From positions 1 through 64,000 of IMG/VR virus record IMGVR_UViG_3300027788_000008: a stretch of 64,000 nt of DNA; one strand, given 5' to 3'. Shown here in pieces: positions 18,525-30,900 of this stretch. Below the pieces are notes generated by a model. That model did not search any database and was not told the origin of the DNA. It was given only the letters and a program-made list of their open reading frames with translations. This DNA comes from a virus. A program made the position numbers and the translations under genes. The first letter of the stretch is position 1. Each line of letters opens with the position of its first letter.

Positions 18525-20075
18525 ATGGCAATTTCTTTTCAATCAACCAGCAACCAGCTAATTGCTGAGGGCATAAAGAATGCAAGTGGATCTCTCGACT
18601 CTCTCGCCACATTTTCTGGCGAATCTATGCCAGAAGTTATTCGTAACCAAATTTCTGACCTGATAGCAGAAAACATTACTATTGATGGCGACATCCCTTC
18701 GGAGATAATCACGGCGGTAGCGGAGATTATGCATAAGTTCACCCCAACGTTGAGTGTCACTGAACTATCAAAGATCCTTTTAACGAACAGTCTATTTGGA
18801 CAACTCTCGGGAACCGAACTTACTATTACTTCTATAATACAAGATAACCTCGGCACATTTATGAATCAGTACAACCTTAAATACCTCGAAATCATTGGAG
18901 GGTTTTCGGCAGTTCTGGGCAATTATGGTATAAGTGATGGTCTGGCAGCAATAACAGACAAACTGTCGGGCGACTTATCAGTACTTGTTACATCATCGTT
19001 AGGCAGTGTGCTCAGTGTATCGGAACTCAGTAAAGTTTCCCCCTCTGTAGTGGCCACATTTCTTAAAGGGGATGGAATTATAAACCTAATTACTGATCTG
19101 CCCGAAGTATATGCTATGCGTCCTATTCCACACATGATTCAGGCTGGCATCATGGGAGATATCGAGGAGGGACTCGACTCAGGTCCACTCGAAGACTTTA
19201 ATATAGATCTCGATGATCAGTCGGATTTCCAAAGAGACAACTTTGCTGCTGCATATGTCAAGACTTCATCGGGTACAGAAGTACCATTCCAAACCTTGAC
19301 AGGAGTAATGGGAAAGACCAGAGGCACAATAGCAGGAACAGTTGAACAAACAGAAATTCTTCCTGGACCTAATCCGTTTCTGATTGATGCAGATACGATA
19401 AACCCATCCGGAAGTTTTATTTCTTCCGTAGAAGAACTTGAGTCAGAAATGGCAAGCATCACTCGGGACATCTCTGAGGTTATAGTTCACTGGTCTGAGA
19501 CATACACCAATGCCAACCTCAGTGGCGCACAACTGACAGAACTTACTGGCGCAGGCGATAACGCATATCACTTCATTATAAGGCGTGATGGTGCGCTAGA
19601 AAGAGGAGTTCCTCTCAATGTAGTCGGTGCGCATTGCGATATCCGTAATCACGACCAATATTCTTTGGGTGTCTGTTTCGTTGGTGGACTTAATGTTTCT
19701 ACTGGTTCTTCAAATGTATATGATGTTGCATCATCTCGTTCTCTAACGTTAGCACAATACAACACTTTCTACCAAATTATGAGAGTTTTCTTTTTGCAAT
19801 ACCCAGGAGGACAGGCACTGGGACACATGGATATCGACCCTGGACATGAAGACCCTGGATTTGATGTGCGGGATTATGTACAAACCAACTTCAACAAGCA
19901 AAGTTTATACTCGAATCCAGAGTCACAACCTGCTCTGTCTCCCACGGACATCATTGATAAGGATGCCACCGCCAGGACGGGTTCTGGTAATTTAGTTCAA
20001 TACACTGAACAGGATAAAACCCAAAGAATCATTGACAGTATCCAAAGAATCCTAAAAGGAGAAGGTTCAGAATGA
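18525..20075 (+). CDS. Protein with C-terminal N-acetylmuramoyl-L-alanine amidase (T7 lysozyme-like) domain
   Basis: IVHWS, YHFIIRRDG, VGAHC, SLGVCFVGG, GHMD, DPGFDV. Confidence 0.8.
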   Translation: MAISFQSTSNQLIAEGIKNASGSLDSLATFSGESMPEVIRNQISDLIAENITIDGDIPSEIITAVAEIMHKFTPTLSVTELSKILLTNSLFGQLSGTELTITSIIQDNLGTFMNQYNLKYLEIIGGFSAVLGNYGISDGLAAITDKLSGDLSVLVTSSLGSVLSVSELSKVSPSVVATFLKGDGIINLITDLPEVYAMRPIPHMIQAGIMGDIEEGLDSGPLEDFNIDLDDQSDFQRDNFAAAYVKTSSGTEVPFQTLTGVMGKTRGTIAGTVEQTEILPGPNPFLIDADTINPSGSFISSVEELESEMASITRDISEVIVHWSETYTNANLSGAQLTELTGAGDNAYHFIIRRDGALERGVPLNVVGAHCDIRNHDQYSLGVCFVGGLNVSTGSSNVYDVASSRSLTLAQYNTFYQIMRVFFLQYPGGQALGHMDIDPGHEDPGFDVRDYVQTNFNKQSLYSNPESQPALSPTDIIDKDATARTGSGNLVQYTEQDKTQRIIDSIQRILKGEGSE

Positions 20076-22477
20076 CAACTAACAATAACAAGATTACAGA
20101 TCGTCTCGCAGCAGAGGGTGGACTTGAGAAAGAATCCACCACTGGTATCGGTCGTGATGGCATGGCAGATCCAACAGGAGAATATCCCCTCCGAGACAAC
20201 TGGTTCAACTCGAGCGTCAGCAACGTTGCACGTGGAATTGTGATCAATGAATTATGGATGGGCGGTTCAACTATGGGAGTGAGTTTCGACATACCATATG
20301 CCACTACATCAATATTCCCGTTTAACCAAGCAAACACAACGCCTTCTGGACACTCCTTTGAAATAGACGACACCCCAGGAAATCAGAGAATACTCATTAA
20401 GCACCATACTGGCGCTGGTGTTGAATTGAAGCAGGATGGTTCTGTTGTTCTCGTTTCGCGCACCCACCAAGTACAGGTCATCGGTGCCGACCATGAATTG
20501 GTTGTTAGTGGACAAGGAAACTTGACATACAATGGCGATCTAAATCTGACTGTCAACGGGGACTACAATGTTGATGTTGGCGGCACATATAATATGCGAG
20601 TAGGTGCTAATTTCAATCACTCTGTCAACGGATCTCACCTGACTGAAGTTGGTGATATCCACAGCACACTTGTTCGTGGCAACAAAGATGTGAAAGTTTG
20701 GGGCGATACGTTCAACTTTTATTCCTCAGAATTGAAGGTTGTTGCAAAGAAAGACATTCGTACCATTGTCGGACAAGACTTCATAGTCAATTCAGCAAGG
20801 AATGTGAGACTTACTTCTGAGGATACTTTCTCAACCTCATCAGGCACTCGCGCCGTTATTTCTGGCGGAGACGTTGTAGTCACTGGTGCCACTGGTAAGA
20901 TCGGCGGCGCGAACTTCCACTACACGGGTTCACTATATACCGGACCATCAGATGATAACGGTTCAGAGACTATATTCCAAGGCAACCTCGTGGGTCGTGC
21001 TCTGGAAGCATGGACCTCAAAGTTCTCGAAGTATTCTGAAGAATCTTTCCACTCACATATCTCAAACTATGCAACCAAGGCGGAATTTGCTGATGAAGCA
21101 AATGTGGCAATTTGGGCCGATGAATGCAACCTAGCCAACTCAGATAATTCCGGCGTCACCCCGCCAGAACCCACTCTAGAGTATGCTGCTTGGACCGCCG
21201 GAACAGCACAGGACGCAAGATCGCATCTTTCTCCCAGCGCAGATGATGGTGAAACACCTGGACCAGAATACCAGTTCGACTGGGGTTGGAGAGTAGAAGA
21301 GAAAACTGTCTTCGATCAGGCACAATCTAGAACAGATTATACCGATGTCACTCCAAATTATTCTACCAGTAGGGAATGGTGGGAAGTATACAATAAGTTG
21401 TCTCCATATGCTGTGCGTAAAGTGGTTATTGACCCCGACAGCACCCTAGAGAATAAAATTTCAAAACGAGACGAATACAGCATGTATTTTAGCTGGTCGC
21501 CGTCAACGTCAGAGATCCGGTCAAAACTAAGAGTGATGGACGGTGGTCAAGATAGTCGGACTGCACCAGAAAAACAAACAGATGGAGAAAAATGTATACG
21601 ATCTCTATTAGAAGAGAACAGAATATCTTCTTCCTATTCCCAGCGTCTTCCAGCTGTAGAGTATTCTACAACAAGGACTGGCCAGCAAGAACCAACGCCC
21701 CGATTTGGATACACTCTTCTCGGCAACCCAATAGAACGTTCGTCAAAAACATTCACTCCAAAGAACAGGGGTGCCGCATCTCGCACCATAGTCGCCGATC
21801 CTATATACAACCCAGACCGCCACAGTCGACCAATAACGAGTTCGACCAAGTTGTCTCGCTCGAATAGCGTTTCGAAGTTTCTCGGTGCACCTGGATCTAA
21901 ATGTTCATTGGATTCTATTCCTCTGCTCGCCACCAGACAAGACCTTGCACGGCAATGGTACCTGCACGCTTGGTTGATGGAAGGTGTTTCTACGATCAAA
22001 GATTTCTCATCTTATAGGTTAGATGTGACTGAAGGTTACTACAAACCAGCGCATGGTATAAGGGAAGCATATAAACCAACTGAAACACTAGATAAAAAAT
22101 ATTGGCGCGAACCATTTAAGTCTACAGATAGTCCGTCAATACATCGTTCCATAGTCACTGACACGCCCAGCATTGCTGAGTTAAAAAACAATGGACGGGC
22201 AGTTGTGTACACCTTATACAACTCCGTGGGCAAGGTTGATTTTGGCGCAACATTCGATCTCTCTCTGCATATAAGAGACATGTTCTTCTTCGACCAACTG
22301 AGTATTGACTACGATGAGACCAATCCAGATGGGACACTATCCCAACAGATTATTATTGTTATGCCCAAGATCACCCCTTCGTTTGAAGCAACCTTCGAAA
22401 TGAAAGTCTGTTCATACTATAATAGGTCCATCTATGGTGGACATGATCTGGTCGAAATCACCAAAAACTCTGGGTAA
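20072..22477 (+). CDS. gp5 C-terminal part (beta-helix spike) with long extension
   Basis: TPSGHSFEIDDTPGNQRI..HHTG; VxG octapeptide repeats. Confidence 0.8.
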   Translation: MTTNNNKITDRLAAEGGLEKESTTGIGRDGMADPTGEYPLRDNWFNSSVSNVARGIVINELWMGGSTMGVSFDIPYATTSIFPFNQANTTPSGHSFEIDDTPGNQRILIKHHTGAGVELKQDGSVVLVSRTHQVQVIGADHELVVSGQGNLTYNGDLNLTVNGDYNVDVGGTYNMRVGANFNHSVNGSHLTEVGDIHSTLVRGNKDVKVWGDTFNFYSSELKVVAKKDIRTIVGQDFIVNSARNVRLTSEDTFSTSSGTRAVISGGDVVVTGATGKIGGANFHYTGSLYTGPSDDNGSETIFQGNLVGRALEAWTSKFSKYSEESFHSHISNYATKAEFADEANVAIWADECNLANSDNSGVTPPEPTLEYAAWTAGTAQDARSHLSPSADDGETPGPEYQFDWGWRVEEKTVFDQAQSRTDYTDVTPNYSTSREWWEVYNKLSPYAVRKVVIDPDSTLENKISKRDEYSMYFSWSPSTSEIRSKLRVMDGGQDSRTAPEKQTDGEKCIRSLLEENRISSSYSQRLPAVEYSTTRTGQQEPTPRFGYTLLGNPIERSSKTFTPKNRGAASRTIVADPIYNPDRHSRPITSSTKLSRSNSVSKFLGAPGSKCSLDSIPLLATRQDLARQWYLHAWLMEGVSTIKDFSSYRLDVTEGYYKPAHGIREAYKPTETLDKKYWREPFKSTDSPSIHRSIVTDTPSIAELKNNGRAVVYTLYNSVGKVDFGATFDLSLHIRDMFFFDQLSIDYDETNPDGTLSQQIIIVMPKITPSFEATFEMKVCSYYNRSIYGGHDLVEITKNSG

Positions 22478-22532
22478 AAACCCAGTGTAGCAACTTTGAT
22501 TTCGACTCAGTTCAAATCTCTCTCCGAACCTG

Positions 22533-22540
22533 TATAAATA
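22533..22540 (+). promoter_or_regulatory. Late promoter
   Basis: TATAAATA before gp25. Confidence 0.8.
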
Positions 22541-22566
22541 AATACATAATACAAAGGCAGAGAAAT

Positions 22567-23064
22567 ATGGCATTACAAAGAATCGTTCCTGGACTTTCTA
22601 AAAACACGAAGATCACTACAAAGATAAAGTTGTTCTCTGATGTAGATCTCTCTTTCACAGCAAAACAAGGAAGTGAAGACAATGGTAATGGGGTGTTCCG
22701 AGGCGACCTATATAAGAAGGTAGATGCAGCTGCTGTAAAACAGTCGGTGCAGAACATTATACTAACCAATCAACTCGAGAAACCGTTTGAACCAAAATTT
22801 GGAGCAAACCTGAGATCGTTTTTGTTTGGATTGTCAAGTTCATTCTCTGATGATACGATCAAAGATCAAATCAAAACACAGGTAGAACGATGGGAACCCA
22901 GAGCAAAAATTACTGATGTGATTTTCTTTAATGGCCAGACATTAATCCCTCTAGGCACAGGCGACATCTCTACCCACTTCGACAACACCATAAGAATCGT
23001 GATTGAATTTGATATAAATAATAAAGGATTCTCCACCTCTGTACAATTAAATAGGTTTCGATAA
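22567..23064 (+). CDS. 25: Baseplate wedge gp25
   Basis: SDVDLSF, AVKQSVQNIILT, EKPFEPKFG, WEPR. Confidence 0.92.
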   Translation: MALQRIVPGLSKNTKITTKIKLFSDVDLSFTAKQGSEDNGNGVFRGDLYKKVDAAAVKQSVQNIILTNQLEKPFEPKFGANLRSFLFGLSSSFSDDTIKDQIKTQVERWEPRAKITDVIFFNGQTLIPLGTGDISTHFDNTIRIVIEFDINNKGFSTSVQLNRFR

Positions 23065-24965
23065 TGAGCACCACAATAAAATCTACCGAATTAGATTTCC
23101 AGAACATAAAAGAATCCCTAAAAGAATTCCTGAAATCGGGTGAAGAATTTAATGACTTTGATTTTGAAGGTTCTGCTCTAAATAATATACTTGATGTGTT
23201 AGCATATAACACACACTACAATGCCCTACAGACAAACTTTGCATTGAATGAGTCCTTTCTTGTGACTGCACAATTGAGACCATCTGTTGTTTCTCTTGCA
23301 GAAGGATTGGGTTATGTTCCTGATTCGAAGAAGTCTTCTGTGATAACCGTAAAACTGACAATCGACGCAACTGGAGTTGCTGGACTCCCCCCTACCGCTA
23401 TAACAATTACTCCAGGACAGCTGTCTACACGCGGCACACGAGATAGGATAGACTACACATATACTAACCGAACCAGTCTCAGAGCAGATAAAAGTACTGG
23501 TGTTTTTACATTTCATCCGATTTCTTCTCCAGACGATCCTATCTTATTATATGAAGGAGATCCGCAGAAGGTACAATTCATTGTTGGCAATTCTGCAGAT
23601 TCTATATATATTATTCCCGATAAAGATATCGACATCTCAACAGCAATTGTTAAAGTTTTTGAGAACCAAGGTTCTGCCAATGTGGAGAATGGAGAATACT
23701 CGGTGTATACAAATCTTTTAGACGCGTCTACAATCAGTTCTGGTTCTCGTCTATATGTTCTGCGTGAATCGCCTAACACTTTCTTTGAACTTTCCTTTGG
23801 TAATGGCACCTCTTTGGGACTGACCCCACAAGCAGGAAACGTTATTGAGGTTGACTATCTCCGAACAAACGGGTCTGAACCCAACGGGATTGCCTCACTA
23901 TCTTTAACAGCAGATCTTTACCTTGGGGAAATAGCGATAGAACCCGACAAAGTTGGTATCAGTGTAATAAATCAAGCATCGGGAGGCACCCCCAAAGAAG
24001 GAATAGAATCAATTAGAAAGAATGCCCCATTCCAATTTGCCGCACAGAATAGAATGGTGACCGCTGATGATTATTCTTCCTTGATCTTAAAGAAATATTC
24101 TCCTTTCATAAAGGATATCCAATCTTGGGGTGGTGAAGATAACCCAGACCCTGATTATGGTACTGTGTTTACTTCAATTGTCTGGAAAGATAATATAAAT
24201 GCTACGACCCTGGCCAATACGAGACAGGGCATATTAGATTTATCCGACCAGTTTCAAATAGCATCATTCAAACTAACATTCACCGATCCTGTCGTGACTT
24301 ATATTTCTACTGAAGTTTTTTATCAGTTCAATCCTGCATTGACGGGATTGTCTTCTTCGAAAATCCGCGAGACGGTTCTAGATACAGTCTCTGATTATTT
24401 TGATAATAACACTGGAAAGTTCTCACAAACATTCAGACTATCAAACTTGCTGACAGAGGTGGATGCTGCTGATCCATCTGTGTTATCTTCTCGTGCCAAT
24501 ATTATCCTGAGTAGAAGAATAATCCCTCAGCTGTTAACTACTCGAGACTATGTGGTTAATTTCCCTGCTGCTCTTAGAGATCCTGAACTCTCAACTGTAA
24601 AGACGGTGTGGTCATCTAATTTCACATATAATGGCGGCAGTGTTTTCATCAGAAACAAACTAGACCAAAGGACTGTTGCCGCGAGCGGAGAATATGGTTC
24701 ACAACCATCAAATGTCTTACAGGTGGTGGGAGTTAGCACAGGACAGGTAGTGGTAGACAACATTGGTACATATGATGATGTACTGGGCACCATTTCTATC
24801 ACTGGATTAAGAGTGCAAGACATAGCAGGATCTGTTAATTTTATACAGATGTTTGGTGTTCCCGCCAACCAGTCTGTTATAAACTCTGTTAGGAACAACA
24901 TAATAGAATTTGACACAGTAACGGATACATCTTTCGCCACCCCAATCGTCGTCGAAACAAGGTAA
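23064..24965 (+). CDS. 6: Baseplate wedge gp6
   Basis: LDFQNIK, DFDFEGS, LAYNTHYN, QNRMVTADDY, WGGED. Confidence 0.95.
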   Translation: MSTTIKSTELDFQNIKESLKEFLKSGEEFNDFDFEGSALNNILDVLAYNTHYNALQTNFALNESFLVTAQLRPSVVSLAEGLGYVPDSKKSSVITVKLTIDATGVAGLPPTAITITPGQLSTRGTRDRIDYTYTNRTSLRADKSTGVFTFHPISSPDDPILLYEGDPQKVQFIVGNSADSIYIIPDKDIDISTAIVKVFENQGSANVENGEYSVYTNLLDASTISSGSRLYVLRESPNTFFELSFGNGTSLGLTPQAGNVIEVDYLRTNGSEPNGIASLSLTADLYLGEIAIEPDKVGISVINQASGGTPKEGIESIRKNAPFQFAAQNRMVTADDYSSLILKKYSPFIKDIQSWGGEDNPDPDYGTVFTSIVWKDNINATTLANTRQGILDLSDQFQIASFKLTFTDPVVTYISTEVFYQFNPALTGLSSSKIRETVLDTVSDYFDNNTGKFSQTFRLSNLLTEVDAADPSVLSSRANIILSRRIIPQLLTTRDYVVNFPAALRDPELSTVKTVWSSNFTYNGGSVFIRNKLDQRTVAASGEYGSQPSNVLQVVGVSTGQVVVDNIGTYDDVLGTISITGLRVQDIAGSVNFIQMFGVPANQSVINSVRNNIIEFDTVTDTSFATPIVVETR

Positions 24966-24970
24966 TATAA

Positions 24971-27900
24971 ATGTCTCTTGATAAAACACTCACTGATTTA
25001 AATCGTAGAGACCTTACGTTCGAGCGATATGATGTTTATGATGCTCTACCCGAGCACTTTGATGAAAAGTATCCCAATTTAGTTCTTTTCCTCCAGGCAT
25101 ACTACAAAAGTCTAGAGGATAAAACAAATCCTGTTTCTAAAATTAAAGAACTCATGGTTGCGAGGGACATAATACAAACTAGAGCAGAGTTTCTTTCTTT
25201 CATAGCAAGCGAACTCCTTCTGGGCAAACCATATTTTGAAGCATTTGCAGATAAACGTTCTGCCCTGCAATACTCCAGTTTGTTGTATCGCTCCAAAGGT
25301 ACTGAGTTCTCCATTAAGCAGTTCTTTCGCATTTTCTTTTCTGTTGACATTGAGGTGAATTATGGCAGGGATGAAATGTTTATCATCGGCGAACCCTCTT
25401 CTGAGATGCTCGAGTATGTGGGCATCGCCGCTGGTGAATCTATGTTCGACTATACATTTCCCAATGGTGACTTCAATATCATCTGTGAAGTCCCCGCTGC
25501 CCTTCAATCCACTTATGGCGAATTCGCTCAACTGATTGCTGGAAAACACTACACTGTTGATTATTCAAATAGGAAGGTCACATTATTACCCCACGCCGGA
25601 CTTGTCGCTGACGACGGCATTAACACCAAGTTGGGTATTCTTCCTACGGGAGTGAGACTCAGAATAAGAACAGAACTTCGATCGTACACCACAATTGGTT
25701 CTGACGCGACAAACAAGAAAATAACAGATAATGAGTTTTATCAGTTATACGGTCTCATGATATCTACTCCTTTATCTGTTAACATATGGAAAGATGCATA
25801 TAAGACTTTTGTGCACCCAGCTGGAATGTTCTTGTCTGGGCAAATCTCACTAAGGTCGATATTCTCCTATGTCGATGTTTATCCGAAGAAGAAAGACCTA
25901 GACACTGGGGTGATATGGCAGATCAGTCTTGGGTTGGGGTCGATGCCCAATGCTACAATCCAACCACCACCACCACTCCTTATACAAGAGATGGCCCGTG
26001 TAATGCTCAAACAAGGAGGGTATGGGTTACACACTACTTCTTATCTCGAGATCGGACCAGGACCAAACGGTTATAGAATACTGACTAGGGTAAATGACCA
26101 AATGGATATTTATTCAGTAGAAAACTGGCACACGCAGTATAACAACCTCGCTCGCGCTGATGATGTCAATGCCCGAACACTGGATGAAGAATCTGTTGAC
26201 GGTGGACCAACACGTGGACCTGATATGTCCAACACAATCAACTTACTCGATGAAGATGTTTGGTACTATAACATCCTACACCCTCAAACCAACTCACCAA
26301 TATATGGGGGAAACTTTCAAGGAGTTTATTCTACTGGAGATCTTCAAACTGTTGCACCAACAGTTTCTGGAACACAGGCAGTAATGCTGGGCACGTTGTA
26401 CGTTGATAATCTTACGGGCGACGATACTAATCCAGGAACCAGCGTGGCTCCTTACGCCACCATCGACCATGCCATGCGCTCGCTGGTTCCTGGATATACC
26501 ACAGTCCTCATTGATAATGGACCATCGAACCCATATCGTGTTCACGACCGCCCCAGTACTGATTATCTTTATGTCAGTAATAAAACAGGCACAGCACTGA
26601 ATCCAATAATTCTTTCGGGTGATCCAGATTCTCAGGCACACACGCGAAATGATCCAGATCGCCCAACAACTCAGTATACCAATGCATATATCGTAGGCAG
26701 TCTCCACCTGACGGGTTGGTATGAATCCTTAACATACACTGATGTTTGGGAAGTCGCTAATCCATTCCCAGATTTTACATCAACCCAACTGTATGGTTGT
26801 ACATACACAAAATGGACGGATGACGGAGTAGTTGGATTAGGAAGACTACTTCCAGGACTCGCCGCTGATAGTCTTTTAGAGGGAGAATGGTGGAAAGACT
26901 CGACCAAACTCTACTACAAACCCAAGGTCGACGATGTCCTATTGGGCGACACCGCCCATCACCTAGAATATTCGGAAAACATGATCTTCAGTTTGAAACG
27001 TATTAAGCATATGACCTTTGACGGTCTATCGCTATCGCATGCTGCTGGTCCAGGTATTCGAACCGCCGGTGCTGGTGTCGTTCGTGATATAGACGATGAT
27101 CTCATACAAGTTGAGGATTGGTGTAACGATATAACGATTCAGAATTGTTTCATCAGAGAAACCAGAACTGGCGTAATTTTATCCCAAGGATCTCGATACA
27201 TAGTCCAAGATTGTGTAATATTAGATACCCAGAATGGTGGTATAGGGTTGATGGGCAGCAATGGAAACTGGCCTAATTCGAACTATTCATATCCAATAAG
27301 CAATACTCTGGTTCAGAATAATATAGTGGGTAGAACAAGAAATAATGATGGAATTTTCTATCACGCCAATAGCGAATATGTAGACGATGTATTCAATGAT
27401 GGACTCGGGCGCACGGATGATATCGGGGATAATCACAGAGCACTGAATAATATATGTTTTTCTTGTGCAGAGAACGGGTTCGACATTACTTCCGGAACTA
27501 GTATCTCACTAGAAGGAAATATTACCCACGATAATAACCAAGTTGGAATTTCTGTCGGGCACTATGCTAGAGATGTCACTATAAGAAATCATCAAAGTAT
27601 TAACGATGATGCTTCTCAGAATTACGGAGGAGCCTTTGGCATAAACGATTCACGAAACGTACTGATTGAAGGAGCTGTTGTTACTAATCCTGGTAGGATG
27701 TGTATATCTATCAGGAATGATGCGCAAAATATCGAGATCAAAAATAGCACATTTACTTCTGGAACAGATACTTCTCGTCTCGAGTTAATAGGTATTTTCA
27801 CCGATGAATCCAAAGAATATAATGTGTCTCCTCGTGGCGGATTTCAACACGGACTCGCTACTGTGCCGCAACGTCCTAAAAATATCACCATCAAGGACAA

Positions 27901-30900
27901 CACATTCAATATTGCTTTCGGCGGCATAAACCAAAACGCAAGCAGGAACAATTACTTCCCCGTGTTTGTAACGTTAAACACGCTTCCGATCAGAGGATAT
28001 AATTTCCAAATCACCGGAAATACATTTAACACATCCTCGAATAACATAGCATTCCAACCTGGATCCACTGGACTTAACGACTTTGGTCCATATAAGGCGG
28101 TGAATACTTTGCCTGATCGAGATATTGGGGGACAACCAACAGTCCACGTGCAGTCGGCAAACCAGGAATTCTTTGCTGCTGGAAACTTTGGAGAGGGGGA
28201 ACTTGCTGACATCTGGAACTTCTGGCCAACCGACGTAACTCCTGTGGGAAGAGATGGCAATACTAGCAAGGGTTTGATATTAAGCGGAAATGTGAAAGGA
28301 AATCTAACTCTTTATTCTTCCGCGCATCAACTTTCCTCCCACTGGGACGCCATAACAGTAGAAGGCGTGAATGGCGATCCAGATGCTAGTTACAGGGAAC
28401 GAACAAACTGGACAATCCCAACACCCTCGCAGATAGGAACATCTAGGGCAGTTGCTTACAAAGATACTTTAAATGCTAATTTATCTGCACAAGCAGAGTG
28501 GTCTGGTGACCATAGAAACTCTGCTGGACCCATAGTCTGCGTTAATATCAACACCACTGCGTTTGGTTTAAGTTTCGTGTGGTATTCTGGTGCTAGTGGC
28601 ACAGACTCCTTCCTTGCTCTTTTTGAGGTTGGACAACAAAGCGAAGACTTGAATCTTGTCGGCATCAGCGCAGCATACCCACATGTTGACGGAACTTCTT
28701 TACGCTTACGAATGGATCTAGATCAAGGCGTATTAAAATGTTACGCAGGAATAAGACCTGTTGGTGGGTCTTCTCTTGTATCATCTACAAACCAATCGGC
28801 ACTTACCCTGATACCCCTGACCGACGCTGAGGGTGGCACATCATTCTCTGACACATATAATGTAGAAACTAATAGTCCTGATTTGTTCTTAGCAACATAC
28901 CATGGTGTTTATCTTATAAACAACCAAGAAGGCGGGGACAGAGATACTAGTATAGACTATGTGCATTATCCAAATTATCTAAGAGATCTCCCCTCCCCGA
29001 TACCTGCAGGGCGATATTTCAGAACAGAATTTACAGACCCAGATACAAGTCGCGCGACTCTAGATGGCACGCCTAATACTTTATGGAGACTGACAAAAGA
29101 TAAATCTATACGAGACTACATAAACTACCACAACACTCAGTGTTGGAGTCCTGATGGAAGATATATATGTATCGAACGTTGGACAACTGGCCCAGGTTCT
29201 GATAACTATTCCGCCGCTGGTGGCAAGGCCAGCATCGAAATTTGGATTATTGACCTCGAATTAGACAAGGAGTTTCGAATAGACTCCGGCATGGCCCCAC
29301 GCTGGGCGAACCTTAGCAACACGCTCTTCTTTGTGCATCGCACTGGAAACGGAGAGGACGTGTATAAGACTACTGCTCCATCAGGATTGGAAGTTAAACG
29401 GTTTGTTGTAGAGACTGGAGAACTTACCACCATATCTTATGGTGTTGAGGAACTGGGCGAGACTAATAGTGATGATACATACTTATATGGTGTCCAGCGT
29501 TACCGCTCAAGCGAACAGCAGAGTTCCGGCGACTATCTCTCGATTCCTGGACAGGAAAGGGTTTCTGTGCTTATGGAAATTCTTCCAGATTCAACCTCAC
29601 AACCTGTCAGATTTGGTGATGGTACAGGAAGTCGTCCTCTCCCCAGCCGAAACCACCCCGTCGTCATTATGAGGAACAAATTGAGAGGTGTAGACCAAGG
29701 AAAACCATTCACTCCCAGTCGAACTCACTCCGACCTTGATGGTACAAATATGCGCACCGGCACGATTTTCATTCAAGCAGGACATCAATCCTGGAATGGT
29801 GATGGATCCTACCACGTGGTAGGAAACTCTCAGGCACAAGGACGTAAATGGAATGAAAGTTATCCAAGTGATATGAACAAATTGGCCAACGCAAGAACCT
29901 CTGACCCAGGACCATGTGGTCATAGTGGAAGGTGGATAGTATCACGCGGGACGATTTTAGATCTAAGGACAGGGGGTCACTGGGAAATGTCCCATGGATA
30001 TTCTAAAATAGTATATCCTTCTGGCACTGGAGATGTTTCTGAACCTTACGACCAAGATGCCAAAGGTAGTCCTGACGGAACAAAGGTTTGTCTTGTTAGC
30101 AACTTTGATCTCGAGAGCAAAGCGGTCACCCGCCCCACTATTCCAACAGGTCGGTCAGACGATGACATTACGGTTTTGTCTACTGCTAATTTTCCAGAAA
30201 GTGGTGATCTAGTTTTTGAGTCAGAAGTTATTGGATATTCTAGTAAAACACCAACATCCTTTAAAGGGATTGAACGAGGAAAGTACACTACCAAGGTGTA
30301 TGGTGTAGAGGCAGGAAAACCTCTTACGCTTCTCGATTCTCGTATCTTAGCAGAACAAGACCGTGACGCTAGCAATAGACCCAACTACATGGACGATACC
30401 AAATTCAACCCCAGTTCTGGTGACCTCCGCCACCAGAATCTGACAGACGCTTATGTTGTGGTCGTGCGCAAACCTGATGCCCCACACCTTCGGGAACATC
30501 CAACCATCATCGGACAAATACAATTGATTCCTGGAGAAAACCACTGGGAAACAGCAGGTTATCGTATCTTCAAAGATGGGCAACCACTGGTTAGTGGCAG
30601 TGCAACTATAGACCCTGGAGCAACCATATCTCTCCCAGCTGGTGTTTACACTGCGACATCTGTCGAATATAACGGGTTAGAAGGCAAGATTAGTAACGAG
30701 ATCACCACCACCACTACTAAGACACTAGACATCTTAGAAGAGATTCCAGGCGACTTCAGTTGGATAATTGAATTGTGGGTTGTTGTTACCGACGGCACCC
30801 CCGCATACACAACCGAGGCACTTGGTCTGGCTGCGCCTGAAGCGACCATGATTGAGTTTCATTATAGTGAAGGAGTAATTTCCTCTAGTTTATATCTCAA

